From the NCBI RefSeq assembly GCF_006345805.1, contig NC_043000.1:139686001-139750000 (forward strand): a DNA stretch of 64,000 bases, given 5' to 3'. How positions within the stretch are numbered: position 1 is the first letter of the stretch; the number at the start of each line of letters is the position of its first letter. Below the pieces are notes generated by a model, which was not told the origin of the DNA, made no database searches, and was given only the letters and a program-made list of their open reading frames with translations. The translations under genes were made by a program, and so were the position numbers. Below are positions 1 to 12,338 of the stretch, one piece after another. This DNA is from Octopus sinensis. Taxonomy: Eukaryota.

Positions 1-381
1 AGGTCATATGTGTGTCTAGGAGCTCTCAACAAATAACCTTTTGAAAACTGTAGGGTTTCTTCTCTTACTGATTGGTGGTAAACTTTGAAAACTGGCGACC
101 GGTAAATATTGCTGGTAGTCTCCAATTTTCAGAAGCCATTGCATCTGTATGGCATTGAGAATTGATCCCATGTATTGCGTTTTCTCAGTAATACAGGTGA
201 TATCACACCTTAGTGTATATGCATTGTATATGCTGTTATAAAAAGAGCTGTGCGTGTGTACACATATTCTCTTTCTCTCACTCTGTCTGCTTCTCTCTTT
301 TTCTCTCCCCCCCCCACACACTATGAACATCATGAGAAAAGGATATTTAACTGGAAAATTGTACAACAGATGACTATTTAG

Positions 382-792
382 GGATCTTTTAGGTTTGAAC
401 GGCAGTTTTTTCTAGCGGTGTCATATGAAATTGTCACCCATAATTATGAGCCTAGTATCGATCTATTGCATTTAAATCTGTTTTAGGGTTAGGGTTAGGG
501 ATGAGGGGAAGGGTATCTTTTTTTTCTTCAGAAATGTAAATAAACCCAATCTGTTTCTTAAACGAGGGACATATTCATACGGCACAGAATGTTTTCACCT
601 CAATATCGATTGGTTGAAATTGCAGAAATTGAAGAAAACAAACAACAAATATCTTACAAACTATAGAATTTTTTCAATAAAGCCAAGAGAAAAAGATGTT
701 TTATAAACACATTCTACCAGTATACGAAGTTTAAATGTGTTTAGCTACGTGGAAATTATTTTTAAAAACTGCCGTTCAAATAGAAAAGATCC
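382..792. mobile_element. Non-autonomous TIR element (MITE) with GGATC termini, possibly Kolobok-like; contains (TTAGGG)3
   Basis: Left end GGATCTTTTAGGTTTGAACGGCAGTTTTT pairs with right end AAAAACTGCCGTTCAAATAGAAAAGATCC; flanks TTAG/TTAA; no ORF. Superfamily is inferred from the TTAA-like flank only. Confidence 0.75.
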
Positions 793-1200
793 TTAATATT
801 TTGAGAAAATGCTGTATTTTGTATCGAACAGATTCATGATATAAATTATATTGCATTAGGTATTTTCAAAAGTAACTAAGTTTATTTAAAAGTAATTATC
901 CAAGTTCATTTGCATTTTGATAACAAAAGTATCGTTGCTTATAGACTTCCCATGGGCAAACCACTGGTTCACTGCATTTTCAGTGGTGAGAATTTTGTAC
1001 ACCTTGGGCAGAACCAAATGGGATATTTGTTTGAAAGCAAACGTTTCTGATTATTGTTCTTGCTACAGTTATCTATCCTCAGATCAGTTTTAATTAAGCA
1101 ATTCTCTGATAAAGATACTCTAACCATAATTATCCCATCTGTTATTCAGATACTGTCTGTGTATGAAGAACTACATTATTTATAGTGGCTAACAAATACA

Positions 1201-1240
<40 letters not shown>

Positions 1241-1489
1241 TGCAGTTCCTGAAGGGTGAATAACTGTGTTTGAATACATGTGTTTGGATGAATTAATTAC
1301 AGAGAATCACAAATGTCACAAGAATATTTTACTTTCTGTTCAGAGTCCAATGAACTATAACGAAAGGCAAGTCCATTAAAAAGTTACATAAAATGAACAG
1401 TAAAACGAGAGACGACACTTAAGTTACAGAAATTGCTGAACAATGAAAGATTTCTAGATATTTACACATACAAAGGCTACTAGCACGCA

Positions 1490-1544
1490 CACACATGCAT
1501 ACATGTGCATACACAGACACACACACACACAAAGAGAGAGATAG

Positions 1545-1597
<53 letters not shown>
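1490..1597. repeat. Compound microsatellite (CA)n/(GA)n/(GAAA)n/(GATA)n
   Basis: Directly visible simple repeats. Confidence 0.9.
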
Positions 1598-1700
1598 CAT
1601 ATGGATGTACTTATATCCTCACTTTGGGTGAAATAAGGATGCATGCATATTTTGATGCGTGTTTAAATTCTTATTTTATCCAAACAGAAGGTTTTGTAAT

Positions 1701-2115
1701 ACTCTTTACTCTTTTATTTTTTTCAGTCATTTGACTGTGGCCATGCTGGAGCACCGCCTTTAGTCGAGCAAATCGACCCCAGGACTTATTCTTTGTAAGC
1801 CTAGTACTTATTCTATCAGTCACTTTTGCCGAACCGCTAAGTTACGGGGACGTAAACGCACCAGCATTGGTTGTCAAGTGATGTTGGGGGGTAAAACACA
1901 GACACGCAAACATATACACACACACATATATATATACATATATACGACAGGCTTCTTTCAGTTTCCGTCTACCAAATCCACTCACAAGGCACAAGGCTTT
2001 GGTCGGCCCGAGACTATAGTAGAAGACACTTGCCTAAGGTGCCACGCAGTGGGACTGAACCCGGAACCATGTGGTTGGTAAACAAGCTACTTACCACACA
2101 GCCACTCCTACGCCT
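1701..2115 (-). mobile_element. tRNA-derived SINE family A, full length
   Basis: On the minus strand: A-box-like TGGCTGTGTGG, B-box-like GGTTCAGTCCC, CACCTTGGGCAAGTGTCTT-type core, internal (TA/TG)n and (GAGTAAAA)n tail. About 19 homologous copies in the window. Confidence 0.9.
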
Positions 2116-2628
2116 AATATTTAAGTTTATTTCACTTATGATTTACACTTTATTGAGAATCATGTATGTATGTGTGTACAGTATATATACATATATATAC
2201 ATAAATGAGGGTGAAAATTAGATATCAATTTAATAATACCATCAGTTTAACACCAAGTGGCCTAGCACATAAAAAACCAGGGAGACAATACAAATTTATA
2301 CGTAAATATAAGATGGTTACTGTTAAGTGGTTAACTCTAGTGCTAGAAATAGCTCCTTATTCTGGTATAGCCAACGAAGTTGTTTCCACAAAAGAAATAA
2401 CATTACCTTCAACGTATGGAAAGCGAAATACAACGAAAAGATAAATTAATGCTGAACAATTGTTTCTTTATCAACATAATATGCAATTATACTCACATAT
2501 TTATCTATAAATCATCAGCAGCATTTGTTTTCGATACAATTTATTAGACCCTCACGGGCGATAAATACCAACGCGGTCCAATCGATTGCATACATAGTTG
2601 TGATTTAGCTATAAATATATAGGTGACT

Positions 2629-3040
2629 AATTCCAATAATTTTACAACGTAAAGACAGAAATATGTACGCCACTAAGGTGAACAAGGGGACCAATCAGTA
2701 CCAGTATTGCTAGAAATAAGAGTCAAAACAACTCAATAGCCACAAAAAGCACTATCTTAATGAGCTGGCTAGGGAGATAAGCTCCCTGCGGTTGCAGATA
2801 GAGCTAGATCACCGATGAGTTTGCATTAAGATGCGTTAAGCACCAAAATGCGAAATCCTCGGTGAGCTAGTTCTGTGACCGTAGTGGGGCTTGTCTCCCT
2901 TGCCAGCTCATTAAGATAGTGCTTTTTGTGTCTATTAAGTTGTTTTGACTCTTATTTCTAGCAGTGCTGGCGCTGATTAGTGCCTTTGTTCACTTTAGTG
3001 GTGTATATATTTCTGTCTTTACGTTGTAATATTGCGAATT
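2629..3040. repeat. ~410 bp near-perfect palindrome (foldback/MITE-like)
   Basis: Arms of about 195 bp pair along their length (TTACAACGTAAAGACAGAAATA vs TATTTCTGTCTTTACGTTGTAA) around a ~20 nt spacer near 2828-2847. Confidence 0.85.
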
Positions 3041-3120
3041 AGCCACTCATATTGTGTGTGTATACATACATGCATACATACATACATGCATACATACATA
3101 CATACATACATACATACATT

Positions 3121-3391
3121 TATCTTTAGTCTTTTACTTGTTTCAGTCAATAGACTGCAGTTATGCTGGTGTGCCACCCTGAGGAATTTTTGTGGAATGA
3201 ATCGACCCCTGTCCATTTTTTTAAAACCTGGTACTTATTCTATCGACCTCTTTTTGAAACTGCTAAGTTACGGGGACGTAAGCACACCAACACCAGTTGT
3301 CAAGCAGAGGAGGAGACAAACACCGATACAAAAACACGCATGCATACACGCGCGCGCGCGCGCACACATATGCGACGAACTTCTTTCATTT
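3121..3391 (-). mobile_element. Diverged SINE-A-like 3' half, interrupted by an RTE LINE; remainder at 4218-4245
   Basis: Homology to family A stops at CTTCTTTCATT and resumes after the LINE with CGTCTACCAAATCCATTCACAAGGCTTT. Confidence 0.75.
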
Positions 3392-4217
3392 GTGTACGAG
3401 CGGTGGAAGACTTCACCTACCTGGGCAGCACTCTCTCCTGCAATGCCAACATAGATGCTGAAATCATCAACAGAATCTCCAAGGCAAGCAGCGCGTTTGG
3501 GAGACTGCGAAAGAAAGTCTGGGAGCGGAGAGAAATCAGCCTCAACACCAAGCTGAAAGTCTACCGGGCAGTCGTGCTTACCACCCTACTATACGGCTGC
3601 GAGACGTGGACTGCTTACCGAAGGCACGAGCGCCAGATAAACCACTTCCACCTCAGGTGTCTTTGGAACCTCCTTCACATCCGCTGGCAGGACAAAGTCC
3701 CAGACACGGAAGTTCTGAAGCAGGCAGATCTCCCTAGCACCATCACGATCATGCGCAAGGCCCAGCTGAGATGGGCGGGCCACGTCTCCCGCACGTCCGA
3801 CACTCGCATTCCAAAACAGCTCTTCTACGGTGAACTCAGCCAGGGCAAACGCAAAGTCGGAGGGCAGAAGAAGCGCTTCAAGGACAGTCTCAAGGTCTCT
3901 CTCAAAGACTTCTCCATCGGCACAGAGACTTGGGAGACACTTGCTGCCGACCGCTCATCCTGGCGCAGCGCAATCACCACAGGAGCAGGGACAGCCGAGG
4001 AGGGACGGATTCGGTCAGCAGAGCAGAAATGCCAGATGCGGAAAGCCAGAGCCGCCTGCACCAGTAGCACGGCCCCTACCCACTTCTGCCCCACCTGTGG
4101 GGGGGGGGTCCTTGCCCGGATTGGCCTCACCAGCCACCTCCGGTCTCATAGCGGCAGTTCCACCAGATGATGTCAGTGATCATCTTCGAACCCGAAGGAC
4201 GAACATTATTATTATTA
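3392..4217 (+). mobile_element. 5'-truncated RTE (BovB-like) LINE; open ORF2 C-terminus (RT end, thumb, C2H2-like finger), stop at 4170, (TTA)n tail
   Basis: ORF 3163-4170 reads FTYLGS, RISKASSAFGRL, LLYGCETWT, QLRWAGHV, KRFKDSLK and CPTC...GLTSHLRSH, followed by a short 3' UTR and ATT repeats. Confidence 0.92.
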
Positions 4218-5005
4218 TCACGTCTACCAAATCCATTCACAAGGCTTTGTAGGATACACTTAATATAGTAGTTGAGCGCCATTTAAATACTTATAACTAT
4301 TATTCAAAGCTATTATTAAAAACTTCATGTGAATCCTTATACACGAAAAGAAAATGCTTCACACAAACCTACCGGTTATAGTCCAAGTTTTCTTCTATTT
4401 CCTATAATTACAATGACCACAGCAAAAAAGGAAAATTAAAACGAAGCTAGAGCGTTAATTCTGAAATTATTTGTCACCTTACAGTTTATTGCTGTATTAT
4501 GTAATCCTAGTCATATGTAACTTTCTAGGTCTTCACATCAGCAGAGATTCATACAGAATATTTTGTATGCTGTATGAATATCTGATGAATAGAAGATCTA
4601 GAAAATCACACTTGAAAATAACACCCCAAAGATTTAACTAAACAAACTAAAACGTAAATTTACATTGGTTAACTTAAAGGTTTGAGAAACTGTCACATCT
4701 CATAAGAGCAATAATTATTACGGTCACACACACACACCTATAAAAGAGGAATGAATGTAAAAATGCAATTCGCAGGAAATATCGTAAACAATTCAAAATT
4801 ATTTACGAATATATCAGTGGCCAGAACACACGATCAATTTCTTTTTCCTGAAAGAGTGTATAATTGTGACGAGAAGAATGGATCCACTTTTGGTTCCTAA
4901 CTTCGAAATTGCAATAGAGGAGTATTCTTTTATTTAAATTTTGAATTTTTATGTTATATGACAGACACATGGTTCAATACAGGTGTGTTTGTGTAGTATT
5001 TTTAG

Positions 5006-5035
5006 CCGTCGTAGAAATGCTAGTTTATCCGAAAG
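5006..5035 (+). CDS. Candidate 30-nt phase-1 microexon (xVVEMLVYPK)
   Basis: TATTTTTAG acceptor and AAG|GTATGG donor; open in phase 1. Prediction only. Confidence 0.35.
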
Positions 5036-6494
5036 GTATGGGACTATTCTGTTTTACTATATTTCCATTACAATTGCAGCATTATTTTCAAAATAATCTG
5101 TTTTCTTAGTTTTTAAATTTTCAAGTGAGCAAAAATATATCTATTAAATTGACCTGTCAAAGTTTTTAATTTCAGCGATTTAAGTTTGTCATGTCGCTTT
5201 GGTATAATGGCTTCCATGGTTATCATATATACACCAGGAAATAAACTTCATAGGGTGAGAGAAGAGAAGGTATAGATTAATTGGGAGGGGGAAAGAGAAA
5301 ATGAAGTTAAGAGGGGAGAGAGGAACGGGCAAAACTGGATAGATAAAAGATAGGAAGAAAAAATGAAGGGAGGAATAGAGGTTATGGGAAGTAAGAATAA
5401 AGAAAAGATAATTTTCAGAAATTATTATTAGGTAAGGGGTAGATACTATTTGAAAAAAGTGAAAGAGTGGGTTTTTTTTTCCAATGTGTACGCCTGTAAA
5501 CTCCCTCCGTAAACGTGTTTACCAGTTTATGTTTGGAAAGGAGGATGGGAAATTGCTCTTCTGTAAAGAGTGGATAGAAAGATTTCCCTCATCATAGGGA
5601 AATGATCTTGATAAAATTTTCCAGCCTGAAGAAAAAAGTTTGTTAGTCTTTAAGGCGCCAGATTAATTTACTAAGGTCTGTGGAATTACGCTTACGATTG
5701 TATTTGAAGGTTGAGATTGATTAAAGTTCATTCGTTGTGTGAAAAAATTTTATTTCACACTAAAAAACTGAAATTATTTCTTGTTAACCCTACACACACA
5801 CACACATATATATGCACACGTACATACACACGTATGTGTTTGTGTATGTGTGTGTCCCCGAGAGAATAAAACAGGAGATTAGGTTAAAATAGTTTACAAT
5901 AACATAAATTCTATTATCTTTACACGTGTTTCTCTAACATATACTAATATGCCATGCAGTAATCATCTCATAGACGATTGTGTAATCGGTTTAGAGCGCC
6001 AGATCATCAGAAGAAAAAGTTAATTTGTTCCATTGTTGGTTACCAACGTCGGTTAGAAGACAGAAACATACTGAGAACTGCGTGCATATTTAGTAGATTA
6101 TTCTGTATATATACATTCAAAGAAAAAAGGAATTTCATTAATTTTACAGAGTACACCTTTCATAAACATTTGAAATTATGAAAAAGTTTTTTTGGTGGGA
6201 AGTGGAGACTATCATAATATTCTGTGCTTAAAAGTTAAAAATTAAAAGAAAGCAAAATGAAATGTAAAAAAAATCGAGAAATGGGTAAGGTCTGGGGAAA
6301 ACCAAGTTTGAAAAATAAAATAAGAAATCGCAGATTCATAATCTCTAATGATTAAAACATGTCAATCCGAAGAAATTTTCTCAAAGAATCTTTAAATGTT
6401 ACGCTATGTCATACATTTTCGTTATTTTTTTCTACTAACAACTTCATGACAGACCGTCTTCCTTTTTTCCCTTTGTGACAACTTCATTCCACAG

Positions 6495-6539
6495 CAACGG
6501 AATTCACATACATGAAATATTATTTCCCTCTCTTTGTAA
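6495..6539 (+). CDS. Candidate 45-nt phase-1 microexon (xTEFTYMKYYFPLFV)
   Basis: Long pyrimidine tract ending CATTCCACAG; tandem GTAAGT donors at 6536 and 6540; the 6540 donor keeps phase 1. Confidence 0.4.
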
Positions 6540-6998
6540 GTAAGTAACTTTACTTCACTATCTCTCTTTCTCTATCATCTACATGACTACTTTCCTTTTC
6601 AGAGAGAAAAAGAGGGAGGGACAGAGAGGAAGAAAGAGATTAAAAAAGTATCTGAAGAAAGAAGAAAAATCGAGAGTTGCAAAATTACATAAAATTTTAT
6701 GCACATTATCGTTATATATTTTAGAATATTTCTTTATCTCATACAGCTTTTCAAACCTTTTTATTCTTTTTGTTAACGACTATTATTCCATTTTCTGTCT
6801 CCTATGTCATTACGAAGTCTATTGGCTTATATTATTTAATGCACTTTTTCATTTTTAATGTGGTAGGGTCTGATCTGTGAGAGATTTAGCTTCATCAGAT
6901 TTCATTTTCAGAGTTTTGATTCATGTGTGATAAAACATATTGCGAAGGATTTGGAAAAAAAGGAATAAAGTTAGATCACAGGTTTATGTATTTCACAG

Positions 6999-7019
6999 CT
7001 GTAATGATAGAAAATGAAG
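6999..7019 (+). CDS. Candidate 21-nt phase-1 microexon (xVMIENE)
   Basis: TATTTCACAG acceptor and perfect AAG|GTAAGT donor. Confidence 0.45.
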
Positions 7020-7679
7020 GTAAGTGGCACAAACGTTTTAGTATTATAGCAAAACTCCCCATGATGTTTTAGTGCACAAGCTATTTTAAGATAATAAAGG
7101 ACTTTAAACCTGTGGCTTTATTTCAAAGATAGACAGGTGTGTTGATTCCAGTCTCTGTATGTTTCACCATCATCGTAATGACCTCTATTTTCTAGATCCT
7201 CAATTTCCCTCTACTAATGCACTTCTAACTCACTTTCAACTTACTTGTCTCTTCTCATCAACAACATTTCTATATACCTCCTGAACCTCACATTAACTAC
7301 CATGGTCACTCCTTCCTCCACAGAATATTAGACAGCAGGAATATCCTTCCTACAAATGTTACATTGCAACTGTCTAAGAAGAACGTCAATGGCATCAGTT
7401 TCTCTTAGAGGGTTTTATGTGAACTACCTTTCCCTTCAGATCCAGAAAGAAAAAAAATGTAGGGAATTTATTGGAGTGAGATTTGGCCAGAACTCTTCAA
7501 CAACTCAACCAACTTTATTCCAATTATCTTGTTACCATGGATATAAAATTGATTTTAAACACAATCTCGAAGAATATGGATTTGCTCTGTTTGAATATTC
7601 ACATCAAAGTAGGATACATTCACTGAAAAATTAGGATACTGCGAGATTCATGCCTTTCTTTAAAGAAATATTTCCAGAT

Positions 7680-8251
7680 GCAGGAGTGGCTGTGGTAAGT
7701 AGCTTGCTTACCAACCACATAATTCTGAGTTCAGTCTTATTGTGTGGCACCTTGGGCAAGTGTCTTCTACTATAGCCTTGGGCTGATTAAAGTCTTCTGA
7801 GTAGATTTGGTAGACAGAAACTAAAAGAATATATATAGATAGATAGATTGATAGATAATCCAAACATGAATAAAGAGAAAGCACAACAACGCAAGGACGT
7901 GGAACAAGTATAATGTTATTGGACGCTCAGGAAAGGAAAGAAAGAAGGTGGATTTAATATTTCGTGCAGAGCTCTTCAGCAGAAACATAGAAAAAGGAAA
8001 GGTCCAAGGAAGGGAAGACGGAGAAAGAAAATTGCCAACGATACACATGCGGTCACACACACGCATATATATGTGTGTGTGTGTGTGTGTTTGTGTGTCT
8101 GTGCTTGCGTCCCCATAACTTAGCAGCTTGGCAAAAGAGACTGATAGAATAAGTACTAGGCTTACAAAGAATAAGTCCTGAGGTTGATTTGCTCAACTAA
8201 AGGTGGTGCTCCAGGATGGCCACTGTCAAATGACTGAAACAAACAAAAGAA
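7680..8251 (+). mobile_element. SINE A with a ~200 bp insert (7858-8056) in its internal microsatellite
   Basis: Head 7680-7830, foreign segment, tail 8090-8251. Confidence 0.85.
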
Positions 8252-8344
8252 TGTGATTTGTATCCCAACTGAAATAACCAGCAGGTGAGATTTAAATTTG
8301 TTTTTTAAACTCAGTTTACCAGGAGCTTCCTATGTCTTTTCAAC

Positions 8345-8749
8345 AGGTGCAGGAATGGCTGTGTGGTAAGTAGCTTGCTAACCAACCACATGGTTGCGGG
8401 TTCAGTCCCACTGCGTGGCATCTTGGGCAAGTGTCTTCTGCTATAGCCCCGGGCCGACCAATGCCTTGTGAGTAGATTTGGTAGATGGAAACTGAAAGAA
8501 ACCTGTCATATATATGTATATATATATATATGTGTGTGTATGTGTGTCTGTGTTTGTCCCCCCTAGCATTGCTTGACAACCAATGCTGGTGTGTTTACGT
8601 CCCCGACACTTAGCGGTTCGGCAAAAGAGACCGATAGAATAAGTACTGGGCTTACAAAGAATAAGTCCCGGGGTCGATTTGATCGACTAAAGGCGGTGCT
8701 CCAGCATGGCCGCAGTCAAATGACTGAAACAAGTAAAAGAGTAAAGAGT
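8345..8749 (+). mobile_element. SINE A, full length
   Basis: Near-consensus copy with A/B boxes, core, microsatellite and tail. Confidence 0.92.
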
Positions 8750-9467
8750 ATATCTATGTTCAAAGTATAAATCTAGTTGTCTCTACACAAAACCAAATTT
8801 TGTTGAGAATGAATATCATTGAATAGATCAACCCTAATATATCATTGTTAATTAATTCAAGTCTGGAGAGATGAATGGCAATGTTACCTTTGTATGTAAT
8901 ATGGTGACTGGCATGGTACTAGATAAAACATTTACACAGCATATAGTTCCACATTCTACTATTTCTGTCAAATCACTACCATGAATTTTAAAAAATCATT
9001 TATATGCTAAGTGCTGTTGGTTTTAATTTAATATTTGAAGTTTGAAGTTCTCATTATCAACTTCCGCTTTGGTATTTTGAGTTTAGCTGATTAATTTATT
9101 TTATTGCTTTGCTTTCACATTTATTATCATTTTTGTTTTGATAATAATTTTTTCAGAATACCAATTTAATTCATTAGGTTTTCAGATTTATGTCATTACA
9201 AATTGTTAGATCAGTGATAGCGTAAAAATGATGTAAATTGAAAAAATGAAAAATGGAAATAATAACCTATGAACAAAACTGACTTGTGTAATAAAACAGC
9301 AAAAAAAAATACAACCGATAATCGTGGTGGTTGTGGTAAGGATGTTGATAATTGTAAAACTAATAATAATGAGGAGGATTATCATCGTCATCATCATCAT
9401 CATTATCATCATCATTGTCATAGTGGATCTTGAGATCCATGATCATTCATTTTTTATCCTTTTGAAA

Positions 9468-9524
9468 TTATATGACGGTGGCCCTGAGACTGTGAGCTAC
9501 ATGCTTGACAAGATCAAGACCTCC
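9468..9524 (-). CDS. Candidate terminal coding exon of an unidentified minus-strand gene (GGLDLVKHVAHSLRATVI*)
   Basis: TTTACAG acceptor, phase 0, TAA at 9470-9468; AATAAA hexamers downstream on the minus strand near 9095-9125. Confidence 0.5.
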   Translation of the reverse strand, partial: GGLDLVKHVAHSLRATVI

Positions 9525-10211
9525 CTGTAAATCTATCATTCACTTGGTCTCAATTATAAAACTACAGCTAGCAAGACATGTTAATTCTCATGAATGCCAT
9601 TTCATTATACCATGATTAACCTCTATCAAAACTGTTTTCAAACTTGTCAATACAACAATTTCCACAGGACATGAGTTGCATAGTTATATAAATTAAAAGG
9701 AATCTTATCATAGTGTCTATCTCATTATTAAAATCTCTTTCTGTATATGATAAAAACAAGCATCAGCACATTTACTTTGATTTATTTCACGTTTTAAGTA
9801 TTTAGTCAAAGAAGAAAGTGTAGTGTTTGTTGTCTTTTTCAGGCCTCTGAGGTTGCTGAAAGAAGGAATGCAGCTATCCTCTGACAGGAGAATTGGCTTG
9901 AATGTTGCTACATTGGGTATACTCTATTAATGGTACCCAAGGGCTAGGTGGGGGATATAAAACTGGAAAATTGATTAAGGCGATCTTCAAAGAACAGCTC
10001 CAGTACCCTGTCACACAGTTTATGTTGCTCATTTCCCTCCTAAAGCTTAAACTGAAATTATGTTAGAAAACAATTTCCATGTTATCATGCAGTAGGATTG
10101 ACCCCCAGATCCCATACTTGCAACACAAATTTTGGATCATTACAGCCATGCTAGTATTCTTGTTGAGTTAAGGGAACTCACAAGTTTTCCTATCCCATTA
10201 TTACTTTTTTA

Positions 10212-10428
10212 TGAGGGGTTGATGTAAAGTTCCTGGCTTTAAGGGTATTGTGAAAGGCCTGGCTGGAGGCCCAAACTTCTGAGCTATTTTAAAGGGCTTA
10301 GAAAAACTGAAGGACCACTGCAATAAGTGAGTGAATCTGAGAGGAGAATATGTGGGATAAAAATCATAATTAACTGATCTTCTTGTATTTTCTTTTGCCC
10401 AAAGCCAGGAACTTTTCAGCACCTCTTG
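10212..10428 (+). mobile_element. Internally deleted mariner (MITE-sized)
   Basis: TIRs GAGGGGTTGATGTAAAGTTCCTGGCTTT / AAAGCCAGGAACTTTTCAGCACCTC, TA flanks; residual C-terminal peptide GLEKLKDHCNK*VNLRGEYV resembles the mariner C-terminus. Confidence 0.75.
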
Positions 10429-11584
10429 TATTATGCACATGACCAAGAAAAAAATTAAAACCAGGTGGCTGTAATTATTCAACTTGGAAAGGTTGCATAA
10501 TAAGCTTTTTAAGACCATCATCTTAAATAGATACAGAACTGTATCTTTAACTATTATTTTATTAGTTTGTGTTGTCTTCTTAGGTCACTGAATAGATATG
10601 ATGAAAGCAATTGAAAGCCACATAAGGTTTATTTGTGAACAAATTTTAGTGAGCCATACCTATCATACAACATGAAGTAATTTTATACAGGTTTTTTATA
10701 TTGGTATGAATGTAAGAAAAACTTGGTAAACACTGTATGATACTACAGTGTGGTCTACCAACTTTTTGCTATTCAGTAATGTTATATATACATCCCCAAA
10801 TGAGATGTAGCTCTTCCTGTGATGTCATTTGTGAGGATGATACAGAATTACACACTATGAAACATCTGTGATTAATACTACTAATTCAAAAGCACCATGC
10901 ACTTAAACTTTGGTTGAACAAGCTTTAATTGTATATATAATCAGAAAATTGAACTAAGACAAGTGTTACTTTCGTGTATGTATACTGTGATGTTTTAACA
11001 ACTGAGCTATGACTCAATTTTATTATGACAATGTCAAGACAATTTCCCATTTTGTGAAGATACCAAAAAAAAAAAAAAAATCAAAAAATACAGGGAAAAG
11101 CAATACAATCCATTGATTTTCATTAGTGACAGTTCAATTAGTGACTCCACAAATTTTACATATTAATTTAAAAGGTCCTGTAAAACCTATTTATATTGAC
11201 CCCATAGACATGAATAATTCCAATCTATTCAAAATTTATTCTACGTTAACACCAAACTATGAAATAACTAAAATACTACCGACACCAAATAAAATAACAC
11301 CAAGCTAAAATGCTGCTGCCAGTTCTGATGAATCTTTCTTAAAAGTTACACTGGACATGAGAAATAACAATTTTTCATACACAAATGGATATTTCACGTG
11401 ACAGTGTATTCTTTTGCCATTTATATTTCAGTGGAAATGAAGCTAAAAGTTGTTCCATTGATTTGCTAAATTAACAACTGATTGAAATTACTAGTTAAAA
11501 CATATATTACTTTCGTTTGTTATTATAGCGGCTGCTACTGTTGTTGTTGGTGGTGGTGAGAATATTGATGACAGTGATGATGAC

Positions 11585-11615
<31 letters not shown>

Positions 11616-11781
11616 GTGATGTCAGTGTTGTTGCTGTTGTTGTTAATTTTCTTATATCCTTTCCTGCACAAACTCATATATTTGAAAATTCAATACTTGA
11701 ACAAATAAGAGCAGCACAAGATATTCATTTCTCATGAAAAACATAGTCTTAAACATGACATGTAAAATGATGGTTACTTAC

Positions 11782-11810
11782 TGGAACGTATGTCAAGAAG
11801 GATGTCCAAT
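11782..11810 (-). CDS. Candidate 29-nt internal exon (xWTSFLTYVP), phase 1 to 0
   Basis: GGCTGTAG acceptor and CCA|GTAAGT donor; phase fits both neighbouring candidate exons. Confidence 0.5.
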
Positions 11811-11834
11811 CTACAGCCACAATATTTATATATA

Positions 11835-11997
11835 TATATATAATAATAAATATTAGGGAATAAATCCAAACTTACAGGGAAAAATCAGATTTAGGATTGG
11901 ATCCAATTTTATAGTAAAATATTATATTATATTAAATTAGAGACAAAACCACTATTAGGCAAATCAAACAATGAAAAACTTAAGCCAATACATTATA
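11835..11997. repeat. ~160 bp unclassified segment embedded between (TA)n tracts
   Basis: Complex sequence bounded on both sides by TA repeats; family not identified. Confidence 0.35.
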
Positions 11998-12030
<33 letters not shown>

Positions 12031-12058
12031 ATATATATATTATAATGTAATATTAATA

Positions 12059-12299
12059 TACTCTTTACTCTCTCACTTTTACTTGTTTTAGTCATTTGAC
12101 TGTGGCCATGCTGAAGCACCCCCTTTAGTCGAGCAAATCAACCCAAGGACTTATTCTTTGTAAGCCTAATACTTATTCTATCGGTCTCTATTGACGAACT
12201 GCTAAGTTATGGGGACATAAACACTCCAGCATCGGTTGCCAAGCGATGTTGGGGGAACGAACACAGACACACAAACATGTACACACACATACATACATA

Positions 12300-12338
<39 letters not shown>

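Noticed and set aside
16-366. 116 aa minus-strand ORF with a GTAAGA donor at 68
   Set aside because: Half of it is microsatellite; two frames are open and no convincing acceptor was found.
483-500. Telomere or chromosome fusion site
   Set aside because: Only three units, located inside a TIR element.
3163-3391. N-terminal part of the 335 aa ORF
   Set aside because: Translated SINE and microsatellite sequence upstream of the truncated LINE.
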